A DNA stretch of 40,092 bases from positions 1 through 40,092 of the IMG/VR virus record IMGVR_UViG_3300037313_001474; one strand, 5' to 3'. Positions 25,249 to 33,938 of this stretch are shown piece after piece. The translations under genes and the position numbers were made by a program. Numbering within the stretch: the stretch's first letter is position 1; every line of letters starts with the position of its first letter. The notes under the pieces are model-generated. The model was not told where the DNA came from. It saw nothing but the letters and a program-made list of their open reading frames with translations, and ran no database searches. Source of the DNA: a virus (lineage: Duplodnaviria > Caudoviricetes).

Positions 25249-25598
25249 GACGCCACCTCCTCGGCGGCGGCCTGCACCTCGGCGAGCTGCTCGCGGAGCT
25301 GGCACAGTTCGTGCTCCTGCTGCAGGTTCGCCCAGTGCAAGGTGAGGCACTGCTGGTCGAGTTGTTTCCGGGCCCGCTCTGACAGCGCAAGTTGCTGCAC
25401 CAGCCGGGCCTCGCCGGTGGCCGGCTGCACTACGACAGGAGCATCGGGGTGCTCGTCGCGGTGGTGCTCGACGAGGGACTGCAGGCGCAGGATCGCCGTG
25501 TCCTTCTCGACGAGCTTGGCCTCGGCTTCCTGCCGGCGGCGGGACTCGCCCGCGAGGATGCGCAAGGTCCGGTTGTGCGTGGCCAGGGTCACGAACAT
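25245..25598 (-). CDS. Hypothetical coiled-coil protein
   Basis: TGATG overlap with the exonuclease gene. Confidence 0.6.
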   Translation of the reverse strand: MFVTLATHNRTLRILAGESRRRQEAEAKLVEKDTAILRLQSLVEHHRDEHPDAPVVVQPATGEARLVQQLALSERARKQLDQQCLTLHWANLQQEHELCQLREQLAEVQAAAEEVAS

Positions 25599-26221
25599 CA
25601 GCGGCCACCGCCCGTCACCGCGTCGAACACGTCGCGGGCCCAGCGGGCGTCACCGAGGGCGGTGTGCGCGACGTCGTCGCCAGGCGGCTCGACACCGACC
25701 CAGCGGGACAGGTCTCGCGAGGAGAAGGGGAACGTCACCTTGTCGGACGGGAGGCCCTTGCCGCCAACCTGGCGGATCATCTCGACCATGCCGAGCTTGC
25801 GTCCGGCGGCGAGGGTGGCGATATCGACCGGCCGGTAGTGCCACGGCGGCTCTCCCAGACCGAGGAAGCGGCGAAGGAACGCAGCGTCGAAGCCAGGGTT
25901 GGAACCGACCAGTACGGCGCCCGTAAGTACCTCGGCGATTCCGGTGGCGGCACCGATGACCGTCAGCGGGTGCGGGCCTTCGGGATGCAGCAGGTCGGCG
26001 GCCTCGGCGCCGTGCGGTACGGCGATCCGCTCGTAGTACCGATTGATCTTCAGGGCATCCGGCTGGGCAATGTGTCGCAGGTGGCCCTCCGGGGGGCGGA
26101 TCTGCCACAGGTGCTCGGTGTCGACGTCGTCCCTGCGGAGGATGATGGCGACCTCCCAGACCTCGTGACGCTGGGGGTCAAGTCCTGTGGTCTCGGTGTC
26201 GACGAAGGCGATGGCAGTCAC
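25598..26221 (-). CDS. DEDDh 3'-5' exonuclease (DnaQ-like)
   Basis: FVDTETTGLD, GSNPGFDAAFL, HTALGDARW. Confidence 0.9.
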   Translation of the reverse strand: MTAIAFVDTETTGLDPQRHEVWEVAIILRRDDVDTEHLWQIRPPEGHLRHIAQPDALKINRYYERIAVPHGAEAADLLHPEGPHPLTVIGAATGIAEVLTGAVLVGSNPGFDAAFLRRFLGLGEPPWHYRPVDIATLAAGRKLGMVEMIRQVGGKGLPSDKVTFPFSSRDLSRWVGVEPPGDDVAHTALGDARWARDVFDAVTGGGR

Positions 26222-26745
26222 TGGGCGTCTCCTGCGGTGAGTTCGGGGAGGATGGCGGCCGTCAGGCGGCCCTCACGCCAGGCCTGCATCACCTGGGCGC
26301 GGCCGTCCTGCTTGAAGCGGACGGAGTGGGTGCGGGCGCGGGCCGGGGCCATTTCCACCCCCGGCACCTTCTGCAGGACCCCGTCGGCGTCGGCCCACTC
26401 GCCGGTACCGATGGCGGTGATCTGCTTGAGGAGCTGGTCGGTGAACGCCTGCCGGACGGTGGTGACGAACTTCCGCTCGATCTCGGTGCCGTAGTTGGCC
26501 AGCACCCAGGCGGTGTACGCGTCCTCGTCGACGACGCGGGCAGCGGCTTCACCGGAGGAGAGGCTGACGGTGGCGATGTCGGGGCCGTCGGGGAGGCTGA
26601 CGGCGACCTGGCGGACGCCGGTAGTTTCGGCGGCGGCTTCGAGCGCGGCGCGGGTTTCCTTGCGGGCGTCCTCGTAGGCGTCCTTCACCTTGTCGAGGAG
26701 CGTCTTCAACGCGGCCTCGCGCGCTGCTGCTTCCTTGAGGTTCAT
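26218..26745 (-). CDS. Hypothetical protein of the recombination module
   Basis: AAGGAG RBS; lies between recombinase and exonuclease. Confidence 0.65.
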   Translation of the reverse strand: MNLKEAAAREAALKTLLDKVKDAYEDARKETRAALEAAAETTGVRQVAVSLPDGPDIATVSLSSGEAAARVVDEDAYTAWVLANYGTEIERKFVTTVRQAFTDQLLKQITAIGTGEWADADGVLQKVPGVEMAPARARTHSVRFKQDGRAQVMQAWREGRLTAAILPELTAGDAQ

Positions 26746-26817
26746 GATTCGTGGTCTCCTTGGGCGGGGTCGCCCTGCCTGCTTCCGACGGGCAGGGCGA
26801 CCCCAACTGGTGGCGGC

Positions 26818-27948
26818 TTAGGCGGCGGAGCCGGTGAGGATCGCGGTCATCTGCCGCATCTGCTGAGCGCCGGCCTGTGCGATGGGCAGGCCGTAGGAGC
26901 GCTCGAACTCCTCGTCGAGGTTGTCCAGTCCGGCGGCCTGGGCGGCGGCGCGGAGTTCGCGTTCCGCCTTGTCGGCTTCGGTCTCGCCCTCGGCGACGAC
27001 CTCGACGTCCGGCCCGTCGTCGGTGAACGCGCCGTCGATGCCACCTGCCGCGCCGATTGCGTCGGACATCGAGTAAGGCGCGGGTCCGGTCTCGACCGGG
27101 TCGGGACGCTGCGGCGCGGGCTGGGCGAGCTCCTGACCGCGGGCGATCAGGTAGGCGCCGAGCTCCTGCGACTCCTCGCCGACCTTGACCGTGGCAGCGA
27201 GGAGACCAGCCGCGTGTGCCTGCTTGTACATCTCCTTGACGGCCGCCTGGTTCTTGGTCGTACCCGCGGCGTCCGCGAAACTCTGCTCGGGTGAGATGGT
27301 CGGCTCGGCGGCCGGGGTGGGAGTGCACCACTGGTCGGCCTCACCCGGCTGCACGCGGCGGAGCTGATGCACCTCTGCTTCGACCGGCATGCCGTCGGCG
27401 TCGACGTTCGCGCCGATCTCCTCCGGGGTGTAGATGCTGCCGTGCAGCACCTCCGGGCACGCCATCCGCACGCACTCGGAGATCGCACGCGCCCGGAGCA
27501 TCGCACCCGGGAACTGCTTCCACGTGTCCTTACCGGTGAGCTTCGCGCGCGTCGCCTTCGCGATGTCCCACACCGCGGTGAACGGGAACTCCGGGTCGTC
27601 CGCGCGGAAGATGGTGACCTCGGCGCGGGTGTCATCTCCGCTGATCCGCATGCGGTGGCCGGCCCGGCGGGTGAGGGAGGCCATCAGGTCCGCGCTGGCG
27701 GTGGCGCGGCCCTGGATGACGTGAACGGACTGGGTGGTGGTGATGACGTCCAGGCCGATGGCGCGGCCGTACTCCAGCGCCCACAGGACGGAGGCCGGGT
27801 TGTTCTGGTACTGGCGCGGGAGCATGCCCGAGCCGGCGAGCGCCTCGGCGAACTTCCAGGCGTCGTGCGGGGTCATGGTGGAGAGGGAGAGGGCGCCGCC
27901 CCGTTGGGCGGGGGCGGCGGCTTGGTGCTTCACGAGTTCGGCGCTCAC
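26818..27948 (-). CDS. RecT-like ssDNA annealing protein
   Basis: LAGSGMLPRQY..NPASVLWALEYGRAIGL..VHVIQGR..WKQFPGAMLRARAIS..CPEVLHGSIYTPEE. Confidence 0.75.
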   Translation of the reverse strand: MSAELVKHQAAAPAQRGGALSLSTMTPHDAWKFAEALAGSGMLPRQYQNNPASVLWALEYGRAIGLDVITTTQSVHVIQGRATASADLMASLTRRAGHRMRISGDDTRAEVTIFRADDPEFPFTAVWDIAKATRAKLTGKDTWKQFPGAMLRARAISECVRMACPEVLHGSIYTPEEIGANVDADGMPVEAEVHQLRRVQPGEADQWCTPTPAAEPTISPEQSFADAAGTTKNQAAVKEMYKQAHAAGLLAATVKVGEESQELGAYLIARGQELAQPAPQRPDPVETGPAPYSMSDAIGAAGGIDGAFTDDGPDVEVVAEGETEADKAERELRAAAQAAGLDNLDEEFERSYGLPIAQAGAQQMRQMTAILTGSAA

Positions 27949-28223
27949 GGGCGCACGTCCTTCCTGGGTTCGGTGTAGCGGGCGTGGACGCGGGTGCCGT
28001 CATCGACGGGCTCGGTGCGCGTCTCGTAGGCGCCGACGGGCTGGTACGGGGTGCCGGCCGTGGGAGCGCCGATCGGGTAGCCGGAGCGGATGCGCTTGGC
28101 CAGGGAGTCGGCGCTGATGCTGTTGCGGTAGTCCCCGACGACCAGCCACACGCCCGGCTGGGCCTGGAGGGCTTGCGCGGTGGCCGCGTGGTTGGTGCGC
28201 GGACGCTTCGAGAGACGGCTCAC
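27945..28223 (-). CDS. Hypothetical protein
   Basis: Coupled early gene; GGAGG RBS. Confidence 0.6.
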   Translation of the reverse strand: MSRLSKRPRTNHAATAQALQAQPGVWLVVGDYRNSISADSLAKRIRSGYPIGAPTAGTPYQPVGAYETRTEPVDDGTRVHARYTEPRKDVRP

Positions 28224-28411
28224 CGGGCACCTCCCGGCGTCCAGCCCGGGTAGTCCTCGGGACAGCTGCAGGCCTCGGGGTGCTCGCAGGCCATGCGGGC
28301 GAACACGGCGTCAGCGTTAGCGTCCATCTGGTGGCGGGCTTCGGCGGCGATACCCGCGGCGAGCCGCTGCCGGGCGACGAGGTCGGCGATCTCGGGCTGC
28401 ACGATGATCAT
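28220..28411 (-). CDS. Hypothetical protein
   Basis: Coupled early gene. Confidence 0.55.
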   Translation of the reverse strand: MIIVQPEIADLVARQRLAAGIAAEARHQMDANADAVFARMACEHPEACSCPEDYPGWTPGGAR

Positions 28412-28791
28412 GCCGCCGCACCCCCCTCACGGCGCTGAGAGGACAGCAGGCGCTTCGGGTTGAACCGCGACAGGCGGCGCGTCACCTCGGTCAGCTCGTC
28501 CAGCAGTCGGCGGGCGTCCGACGACGACACCTCGATCTGCGCGGTGTCCATCCCGGACGCGTCTTCGACCTGCTCGATCGCGGCGTCGAGCTCGCCCTCG
28601 CCCCGCGGGCCGCAGACGACGGCGGCGAGTTCGTCCAAGGCGTCGAGGATCTCGTCGCGGGCCTTCGGCTCGGCCCAGGACTGCACCAGTTGGATCAGGG
28701 TGTCGTTGCGGATCTGATCGAACCGGGCGACGCCGTGCAGGTGGTTGGTGCCGAGGCTGAAGGACATGCCCGGCTTCTTCGAGTGGTTCAT
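28408..28791 (-). CDS. Hypothetical protein
   Basis: Coupled early gene. Confidence 0.6.
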   Translation of the reverse strand: MNHSKKPGMSFSLGTNHLHGVARFDQIRNDTLIQLVQSWAEPKARDEILDALDELAAVVCGPRGEGELDAAIEQVEDASGMDTAQIEVSSSDARRLLDELTEVTRRLSRFNPKRLLSSQRREGGAAA

Positions 28792-29072
28792 CGGGTCACC
28801 TCGGCGGTGGGAGCGGAGAGGAGCAGGAACAGCGCGGCCACGGTGATCGCGGCCCGGCGGCGGGCTTCACGGGCGTCATGCCGGACGTTCGCCACGGCGT
28901 TCAGGACCAGGTCGATCCGCCCCGACCGGACCAGCCGGTCCAAGGCCAGCCGCGGGTCGAAGTCCGCGAGTTCGGCGTCGACCAGCAGCCAGAACGGGAT
29001 CGAGACGCCCGCGGTGATCGCGGTGCCGAGCGACAGGAATGCGGCCCAGTCGGTGAGGCTGGCGGCGTTCAC
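28788..29072 (-). CDS. Hypothetical membrane protein
   Basis: VNAASLTDWAAFLSLG...; two hydrophobic segments. Confidence 0.55.
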   Translation of the reverse strand: MNAASLTDWAAFLSLGTAITAGVSIPFWLLVDAELADFDPRLALDRLVRSGRIDLVLNAVANVRHDAREARRRAAITVAALFLLLSAPTAEVTR

Positions 29073-29416
29073 AGGACGCCGCCGATCGGCGGCAGGTCCC
29101 GGCCCAGCCGGTAGCTGTGGCGGACCGACGCTTCGTGTTCGCCTTCCTCGCGGAGTACCTGCACCGGCACGATCCGGCGTGTGATCCCATCCGCGTGCTT
29201 GGCGCGCAACGTCTCGTTCTGCGCAGTCAGCGCCGCCAGCTCCTGCTCCAGCTCGGCAACCCGGTTCTGCAGCTGCTCCATCTCGGCGGCCATCTCGGGC
29301 GACATCAGCATCTGCGCCGACTCCAGCGCCACAGCCATAGCCGCCGGCACCCGACGCCCGTTCTCCATCGCCCGGCAGATCACATCCGCCGCCGCGTTCA
29401 CCCGGCGGGTGTTCAT
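29069..29416 (-). CDS. Hypothetical protein
   Basis: MNTRRVNAAADVI...ALESAQMLMSPE followed by a coiled coil. Confidence 0.6.
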   Translation of the reverse strand: MNTRRVNAAADVICRAMENGRRVPAAMAVALESAQMLMSPEMAAEMEQLQNRVAELEQELAALTAQNETLRAKHADGITRRIVPVQVLREEGEHEASVRHSYRLGRDLPPIGGVL

Positions 29417-29730
29417 GCCGCCACCGCCAGCGTGCACACCGGCACCGACACGACGACCTCGACCGGGACATCCCGCCAGCGCGCCGTCAGCACGTGTTGC
29501 CGCAGCAGTTGGTCGCCGCTCTTGTACTCCCTGCCGGCCCGGATGCTGCCGCCCAGGAAGCCGGCGCAGTCGGCCAGCACGGACATGTCGCCGTCGACCA
29601 CGTAGCCGATGAGGGTCGGGCTGGTCCGGCAGATGGACCACGACAGGTGCTCCGACAGGTCGGGGTGTTCCGCCAGGAGCTGCACCAGCGCGGTCGCCGC
29701 GCTGATCTGCAAGGTAGGGTTATGGGCCAT
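29413..29730 (-). CDS. Hypothetical protein
   Basis: GGAGAGG RBS. Confidence 0.6.
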   Translation of the reverse strand: MAHNPTLQISAATALVQLLAEHPDLSEHLSWSICRTSPTLIGYVVDGDMSVLADCAGFLGGSIRAGREYKSGDQLLRQHVLTARWRDVPVEVVVSVPVCTLAVAA

Positions 29731-29822
29731 CGGTGGCCTCTCCTTCTGTGTTCGTAGGGGTGCGCCGGTCGTTGGGTCGCCGGCCGGGCAAGCTGGGCGG
29801 CCCTTCGGCGCTTAGGGGTGGT

Positions 29823-30050
29823 TCAGGCCGTGGCGGCGAGCTGCTGGGTGCGGGTGGCGTGCCAGGCGCGGACCTTGTCCAGGTCGAAGCGGCGCCCGCG
29901 GCCCTCGAAGGGCTCGGTCGGCATGCCGGCGTCGATCCACTGAAGGACGGTCCAGTCGGAGACGCCGTAGTACGTCTCCAGCTCCTTCTGACTCAGCAGT
30001 GGAAGCAGGCCGGCGGGGAGGGGGACCCGGCGGTCACTCTTCTTCGGCAT
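29823..30050 (-). CDS. Excisionase/AlpA-like MerR-type HTH protein (probable RDF)
   Basis: LLSQKELETYYGVSDWTVLQWIDAGMP..RRFDLDKVRAW; follows the Cro-like gene. Confidence 0.75.
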   Translation of the reverse strand: MPKKSDRRVPLPAGLLPLLSQKELETYYGVSDWTVLQWIDAGMPTEPFEGRGRRFDLDKVRAWHATRTQQLAATA

Positions 30051-30348
30051 CGGAGCTTGACCTTTCTACTGTCGAAGTTGAACCTGTGGGCATGGCAAAG
30101 AGGTCCTGGAGGGGGGCGTTCGTCCTCCGGTGGAGTGCTTCGGCGACGAACCAGGCCGTGTCGAGCTCGCAGCGTTCGCGAGCGGTTTTGCCCTGCCCCG
30201 TGATGCGCCCGACGGTGGCTGGGCTTACGCCCTTGCCGGTGGGGTCAACCTCCTTGGTCGCCTCGGCGAGTTCCGGGCCGGAGAGGCCGGCGCGGGCCAT
30301 GGCGTCGCGGATGGGTTGTCCGTCGCGCTTGCGGTGCAGTTTCGGCAT
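30034..30348 (-). CDS. Cro-like XRE regulator
   Basis: IRDAMARAGLSGPELAEAT..GVSPATVGRI..LQDLF; divergent from the repressor. Confidence 0.75.
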   Translation of the reverse strand: MPKLHRKRDGQPIRDAMARAGLSGPELAEATKEVDPTGKGVSPATVGRITGQGKTARERCELDTAWFVAEALHRRTNAPLQDLFAMPTGSTSTVERSSSDAEEE

Positions 30349-30405
30349 TCGGCGACCTCGTGCCTGGGTGTTGGCTGGGTTTCGTCCCGTTGGGGCGATA
30401 CGACA

Positions 30406-30425
30406 TTTCTACAGTTGAAGTTGAA
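30406..30425. promoter_or_regulatory. Candidate operator TTTCTACWGTYGAAGTTGAA (second copy at 30063-30082)
   Basis: Two 20-bp copies matching at 18/20 positions. Confidence 0.6.
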
Positions 30426-30480
30426 GCGGGTCAAGGGTTTCGCCGAGTTTCGTCGAGTTGTGTCATGTCAGGTGCGATCT

Positions 30481-30496
30481 TCGAACGCGTGTTCTA
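30481..30496. promoter_or_regulatory. Actinobacterial LexA (SOS) box
   Basis: TCGAAC-GCGT-GTTCTA versus consensus TCGAAC-N4-GTTCGA. Confidence 0.65.
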
Positions 30497-30563
30497 GTGT
30501 GCTGGCATATGCCCTGCGCAACGGCGCGTAATGGGGAGACCGCGCGCCGTCAAGTTCACGCCA

Positions 30564-30598
30564 CACCTTCTACTTTTACTTGCGGAAAGTAGAAGGTG
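30564..30598. promoter_or_regulatory. 13-bp inverted repeat upstream of the repressor
   Basis: CACCTTCTACTTT-N9-AAAGTAGAAGGTG; shares the TTCTAC half-site with the operators. Confidence 0.6.
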
Positions 30599-30614
30599 CG
30601 GGCAGTCTTGCCCC

Positions 30615-30995
30615 GTGGACAACCGCGAGCAGCCCGCCGGCGAGGCGACCGAGACCTTTGCCCAGGCGTTCGCCGCCCTCAAGGACACGTATGGCGTGTC
30701 CGACAGCGAGGTGGCGCGACGCCTGTCGGCGCATGGCCTTCAGATCTCCGTTGCCGCCGTGAACACCTGGGTGCACGGCAAGCGGACTCCGCGTGGCGCT
30801 GCGATCCGCGCGCTCGCCGAGCTGTTCCCGAAGTTCCCGGCCGAGCGACTGCTTGCCGCCGCAGGAAGAAGGGCGCCCGCCCCGCTTTCGGCGGACAGCC
30901 GGAAGGCCGTCCTCGACGTCCTCGACCGGCTGACCGAGGAACAGCGTCAGATGCTGTTGATCCAGGCCAAAGCGGTGGCGGACAGCAACGACTGA
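30615..30995 (+). CDS. Immunity repressor (XRE HTH)
   Basis: GVSDSEVARRL..ISVAAVNTWVHGKRTPRG..LLAAAG; start reassigned to GTG 30615; no S24 peptidase domain. Confidence 0.8.
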   Translation: MDNREQPAGEATETFAQAFAALKDTYGVSDSEVARRLSAHGLQISVAAVNTWVHGKRTPRGAAIRALAELFPKFPAERLLAAAGRRAPAPLSADSRKAVLDVLDRLTEEQRQMLLIQAKAVADSND

Positions 30996-31209
30996 CCTTC
31001 TTGACCTCGTGTCAGAAAGTCGCATGCAACCGTTACCCGAAGTATGGAGTCTTCGTTAAACGGACTTCGTCACTCCCTGTCAGATCCTGCACACAAAATC
31101 TGCACAGGGGAGTCGCATATTCAGTCTCACCGGGGTACGTTCGAGCACACGGCCGACGTTCTCCCCCGTTGGCGAACACCCGTCACACCCGCCAACCCGG
31201 GGGATCCAT

Positions 31210-31467
31210 ATGTGCATCCGCGTCCGCTTCGCTCCGCGCGACCATCTCGAACCCTGGGATGCCGAACGTCAGATCATCACCATCCCTGCCGAACTGTCCC
31301 TCACTGCGCTGTTCACCCTCCGCGCCATCCAGGCGGTACTCAACGAACTTGGTATCCCCCAGCCTCCATTCGGTGCACGCTGCTGGTGCGGAGAGGAGGT
31401 CATCCTGCTCCCCGCGATTCCGATCCAGCGAAGGAGCAGTGACGAGGTGATGCACCTTGGCGCGTAG
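31210..31467 (+). CDS. Hypothetical protein with CWCG motif, upstream of the integrase
   Basis: GGGGGA RBS; overlaps the int start. Confidence 0.6.
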   Translation: MCIRVRFAPRDHLEPWDAERQIITIPAELSLTALFTLRAIQAVLNELGIPQPPFGARCWCGEEVILLPAIPIQRRSSDEVMHLGA

Positions 31468-32731
31468 GGGGAGCAACAACCCTCGGCAGATCCGTAGCAA
31501 GACGTGCGGCTGCCAACTGTGCATGGAGGCCTACCCGCCCGAGCAGTACGGCGACCGCAAGCGGCGCCGCGACTGCCAAGGCAGCTGGCAGGCCCGCTAC
31601 CGCGACCCGGCCGGCAAGCAGAAAGCCAAGAACTTCGACAAGAAGGCGCAGGCGGAGGACTTCCTCGACGACGTCCGCACCCGCGTGCGGCGCCGCACCT
31701 ACAACGATCCCACCCGCGGCGAGATCACCCTCGCCCAGTGGTGGGACCTGTGGTGGCCGGCGCAGCCGAAGAAAGCCGTCACGACGACGAACAGGAAGTT
31801 GTCGAACTGGCGGGTTCACATCGAGCCGAAGTGGGGCCGGTGGCGGCTGTGCGACCTGGAGTACATCGGGCTGCAGGACTGGCTCACGAACGAGGTGAAG
31901 GGGCACCACACTAAGAAGAAGGTGTTGGAGCTCCTCGGCGCGATGCTGCGGGCTGCGGTGAAGGACGGCAAGCGGATCCCGTTCAATCCGGCTGCGGAGG
32001 TGGACATCGAGGCCGCGCCGAAGAAGCATGCCGACGAGCTGCGTCCGCCGACCCGTGAGCAGTGTCAGCTGATCCGCGAGCACATCCCGTCGTATTACCG
32101 GCCGTTCGTGGTGTTCTTGGAGCACACCGGCCTGCGGTGGGGTGAAGCGACGGGCCTGCGGTGGGAGAACGTGGACTTGGAGGCTAACCACCTCAAGGTG
32201 AAGGAAGTGCTCAGCGAGGACAACGGCAGGTTGTTCCGGAAGGCGGCACCCAAGTCGGTGGCCGGGTTCCGGACGGTTCCGCTGACCCCGGAGGCCACCG
32301 ATGCGATTCGCACCATGGTGAATCGGTGGCGTCCGCGGGACACCGTCACCCCGATCGGTGAGGATCCCTACGACCTCGTTCCGGACGAGCTGGTGTTCCG
32401 CGGTCCGCAGGGCGGCACGCTCACGCGGCACAACTTCCGCAGGGTGTGGGTGCCGGCCATTCAGGATGCTGGTCTGGCCCGGAAGGTGAAGAATCCGGAG
32501 ACGGGTCGGCTGGAGTGGTGGCCGCACGTGCACAGTCTTCGGCACGTCTTCGCGACGTGGCTGAAGGACATCGGGGTGCCGGAGAAGGATGCTCAGGCGG
32601 TGTTGGGGCATGACCGTGGTTCGAAGGTGACGTGGATTTATCAGCATGCGCCGGAGGATGTGGCGGCTCAGGTGCGGGCGAGGATGGTTGGCCCGGATGA
32701 GTCTGCTGTTCGAGTTCTCCGGGCTGTTTGA
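31457..32731 (+). CDS. int: Tyrosine integrase
   Basis: WQARYRDP arm-binding domain; catalytic R (TGLRWGE), K, HSLRH, LGH and Y (WIYQH). Confidence 0.96.
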   Translation: MARRGSNNPRQIRSKTCGCQLCMEAYPPEQYGDRKRRRDCQGSWQARYRDPAGKQKAKNFDKKAQAEDFLDDVRTRVRRRTYNDPTRGEITLAQWWDLWWPAQPKKAVTTTNRKLSNWRVHIEPKWGRWRLCDLEYIGLQDWLTNEVKGHHTKKKVLELLGAMLRAAVKDGKRIPFNPAAEVDIEAAPKKHADELRPPTREQCQLIREHIPSYYRPFVVFLEHTGLRWGEATGLRWENVDLEANHLKVKEVLSEDNGRLFRKAAPKSVAGFRTVPLTPEATDAIRTMVNRWRPRDTVTPIGEDPYDLVPDELVFRGPQGGTLTRHNFRRVWVPAIQDAGLARKVKNPETGRLEWWPHVHSLRHVFATWLKDIGVPEKDAQAVLGHDRGSKVTWIYQHAPEDVAAQVRARMVGPDESAVRVLRAV

Positions 32732-32890
32732 TCTTGTGGAGTCCGCGGAGTCCACGTGGAGTCCACAAAACCTGCTCGGTGGATCTCGGTGAGTCTCGGA
32801 TGTGCTCGAAATCGCAGGTCAGGCCCCCTTGTTGGTGGCGCTCGGTGAGTCTCGGCGAGTCTCGGCGGGACGGGAGAGGGTTCTACTTTT

Positions 32891-32934
32891 TCTCCTAAAG
32901 CGGGTGTCGCAGGTTCGAATCCTGCCGGGGGCAC
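32891..32934 (+). mobile_element. attP: attP core, equal to the 3' half of tRNA-Arg(CCT)
   Basis: TCTCCTAAAGCGGGTGTCGCAGGTTCGAATCCTGCCGGGGGCAC has a CCT anticodon loop and a T-arm with GGTTCGAATCC; the 5' half of the tRNA is absent; next to int. Confidence 0.88.
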
Positions 32935-32961
32935 AGACTGCGTAGCAGGTCAGAGCACGTG

Positions 32962-32995
32962 AGGGGCCTCTCGTTCATTCGAACGGGAGGCCCCT
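32962..32995 (+). terminator. Terminator downstream of the att core (would terminate the restored tRNA)
   Basis: AGGGGCCTCTCGTTC-ATTC-GAACGGGAGGCCCCT followed by TTC. Confidence 0.7.
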
Positions 32996-33099
32996 TTCAT
33001 GATCGAAGTCCACATGGAGTCCACACCGCCAGACGATCATGGTTTGGTAATGCCTCTTACGGGGGACTTGAAGGGTGCTCCAGGCAACGTAAAGTTTCG

Positions 33100-33300
33100 A
33101 GCAGGACGAGGACGGCGTGACTCCCCAACGCGCGCCAGACACAGGCTCGTCGTCACCTGCGGGGCCCCGGTGGGGAGACCGGGCCCGTGGGCGGCGACCC
33201 CCGCCGAACGCGTCGGCGGGGGTCGCTCGTACAAACGTAGACCGCCCCACCCCGGTCAGGGGGTGGGGCGGTCTTGCTCTGACTAAAAGTCAGAGCGAGG
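33100..33300 (+). ncRNA. Candidate structured ncRNA (four back-to-back hairpins)
   Basis: Hairpins at 33160-33187, 33194-33226 (14 bp), 33239-33274 (15 bp) and 33276-33296 (9 bp); possible promoter TTGAAG-N16-TAAAGT at 33068-33095. Confidence 0.4.
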
Positions 33301-33544
33301 ACGACGCTTTCCGGCGGACACAGGAACACCGGTACATCGCCCGTATGCGCTGGGGGGGCCGGCGTCACGCCAGCGTCCCCAGCATGCTCAGGCAGGCCCT
33401 TTGCATAGATGCGGTCCGGTGGGTTAGCGCACAGCAGACACACAGCTATTACGTGGGCAGCACATCTAACGATGCCGAACCTTGATCACTCAAATTAGGG
33501 TCGGCCCTAATCACAACTGATCATGAAGTCGGGAGCGTGGACGA

Positions 33545-33781
33545 GTGCCGCGCCCCACCCCGCCTGACGACTGGGTCATCGCCCGCCGTCGACAGGTGGG
33601 CGATCGGATCCGCCGCGTCCGAGAAGACCACGACCTCACCCAGCTCGACGTCTGCGAGCGTTCCGGCATCGATGTGGCCACCTACAGCCGGATCGAACAA
33701 GGGCACGCCTCACCCAAACTCGACACCCTGATCCGCATCGCCGCCGCCATCGGCGTCTCCCTCGCTGACCTAGTCAGGTGA
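33545..33781 (+). CDS. XRE-family HTH regulator
   Basis: GDRIRRVRE..LTQLDVCERSGIDVATYSRIEQG..PKLDTLIRIAAAIGVSLADL. Confidence 0.9.
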   Translation: MPRPTPPDDWVIARRRQVGDRIRRVREDHDLTQLDVCERSGIDVATYSRIEQGHASPKLDTLIRIAAAIGVSLADLVR

Positions 33782-33938
33782 CAGACGGCCTTTCGGCCCT
33801 GACACCTGCTCTACGCGGGAGGACAGGGCGTCCGTCGCGGCGGAAGCAAGATTCTTTTACCCATACACCGATCCAGGCAGCAGAAGGCCCCGCCCATCCA
33901 CCACGGGGGAAGCAGACGGACGGGGCCAGCATGTGTGG

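Larger units (their letters stand above)
32738..33024. repeat. attP arm repeats (GGAGTCCAC) and 10-bp-phased CTCGG repeats
   Basis: GGAGTCC(A/G)C at 32738, 32747 and 32758 (left), G(A/G)AGTCCAC at 33005 and 33016 (right); CTCGG at 32775/85/95 and 32841/51/61. Confidence 0.7.

Noticed and set aside
32860-32940. Complete tRNA gene
   Set aside because: Only the anticodon loop to acceptor 3' strand is present, with no D-arm or 5' acceptor strand; treated as the att core.
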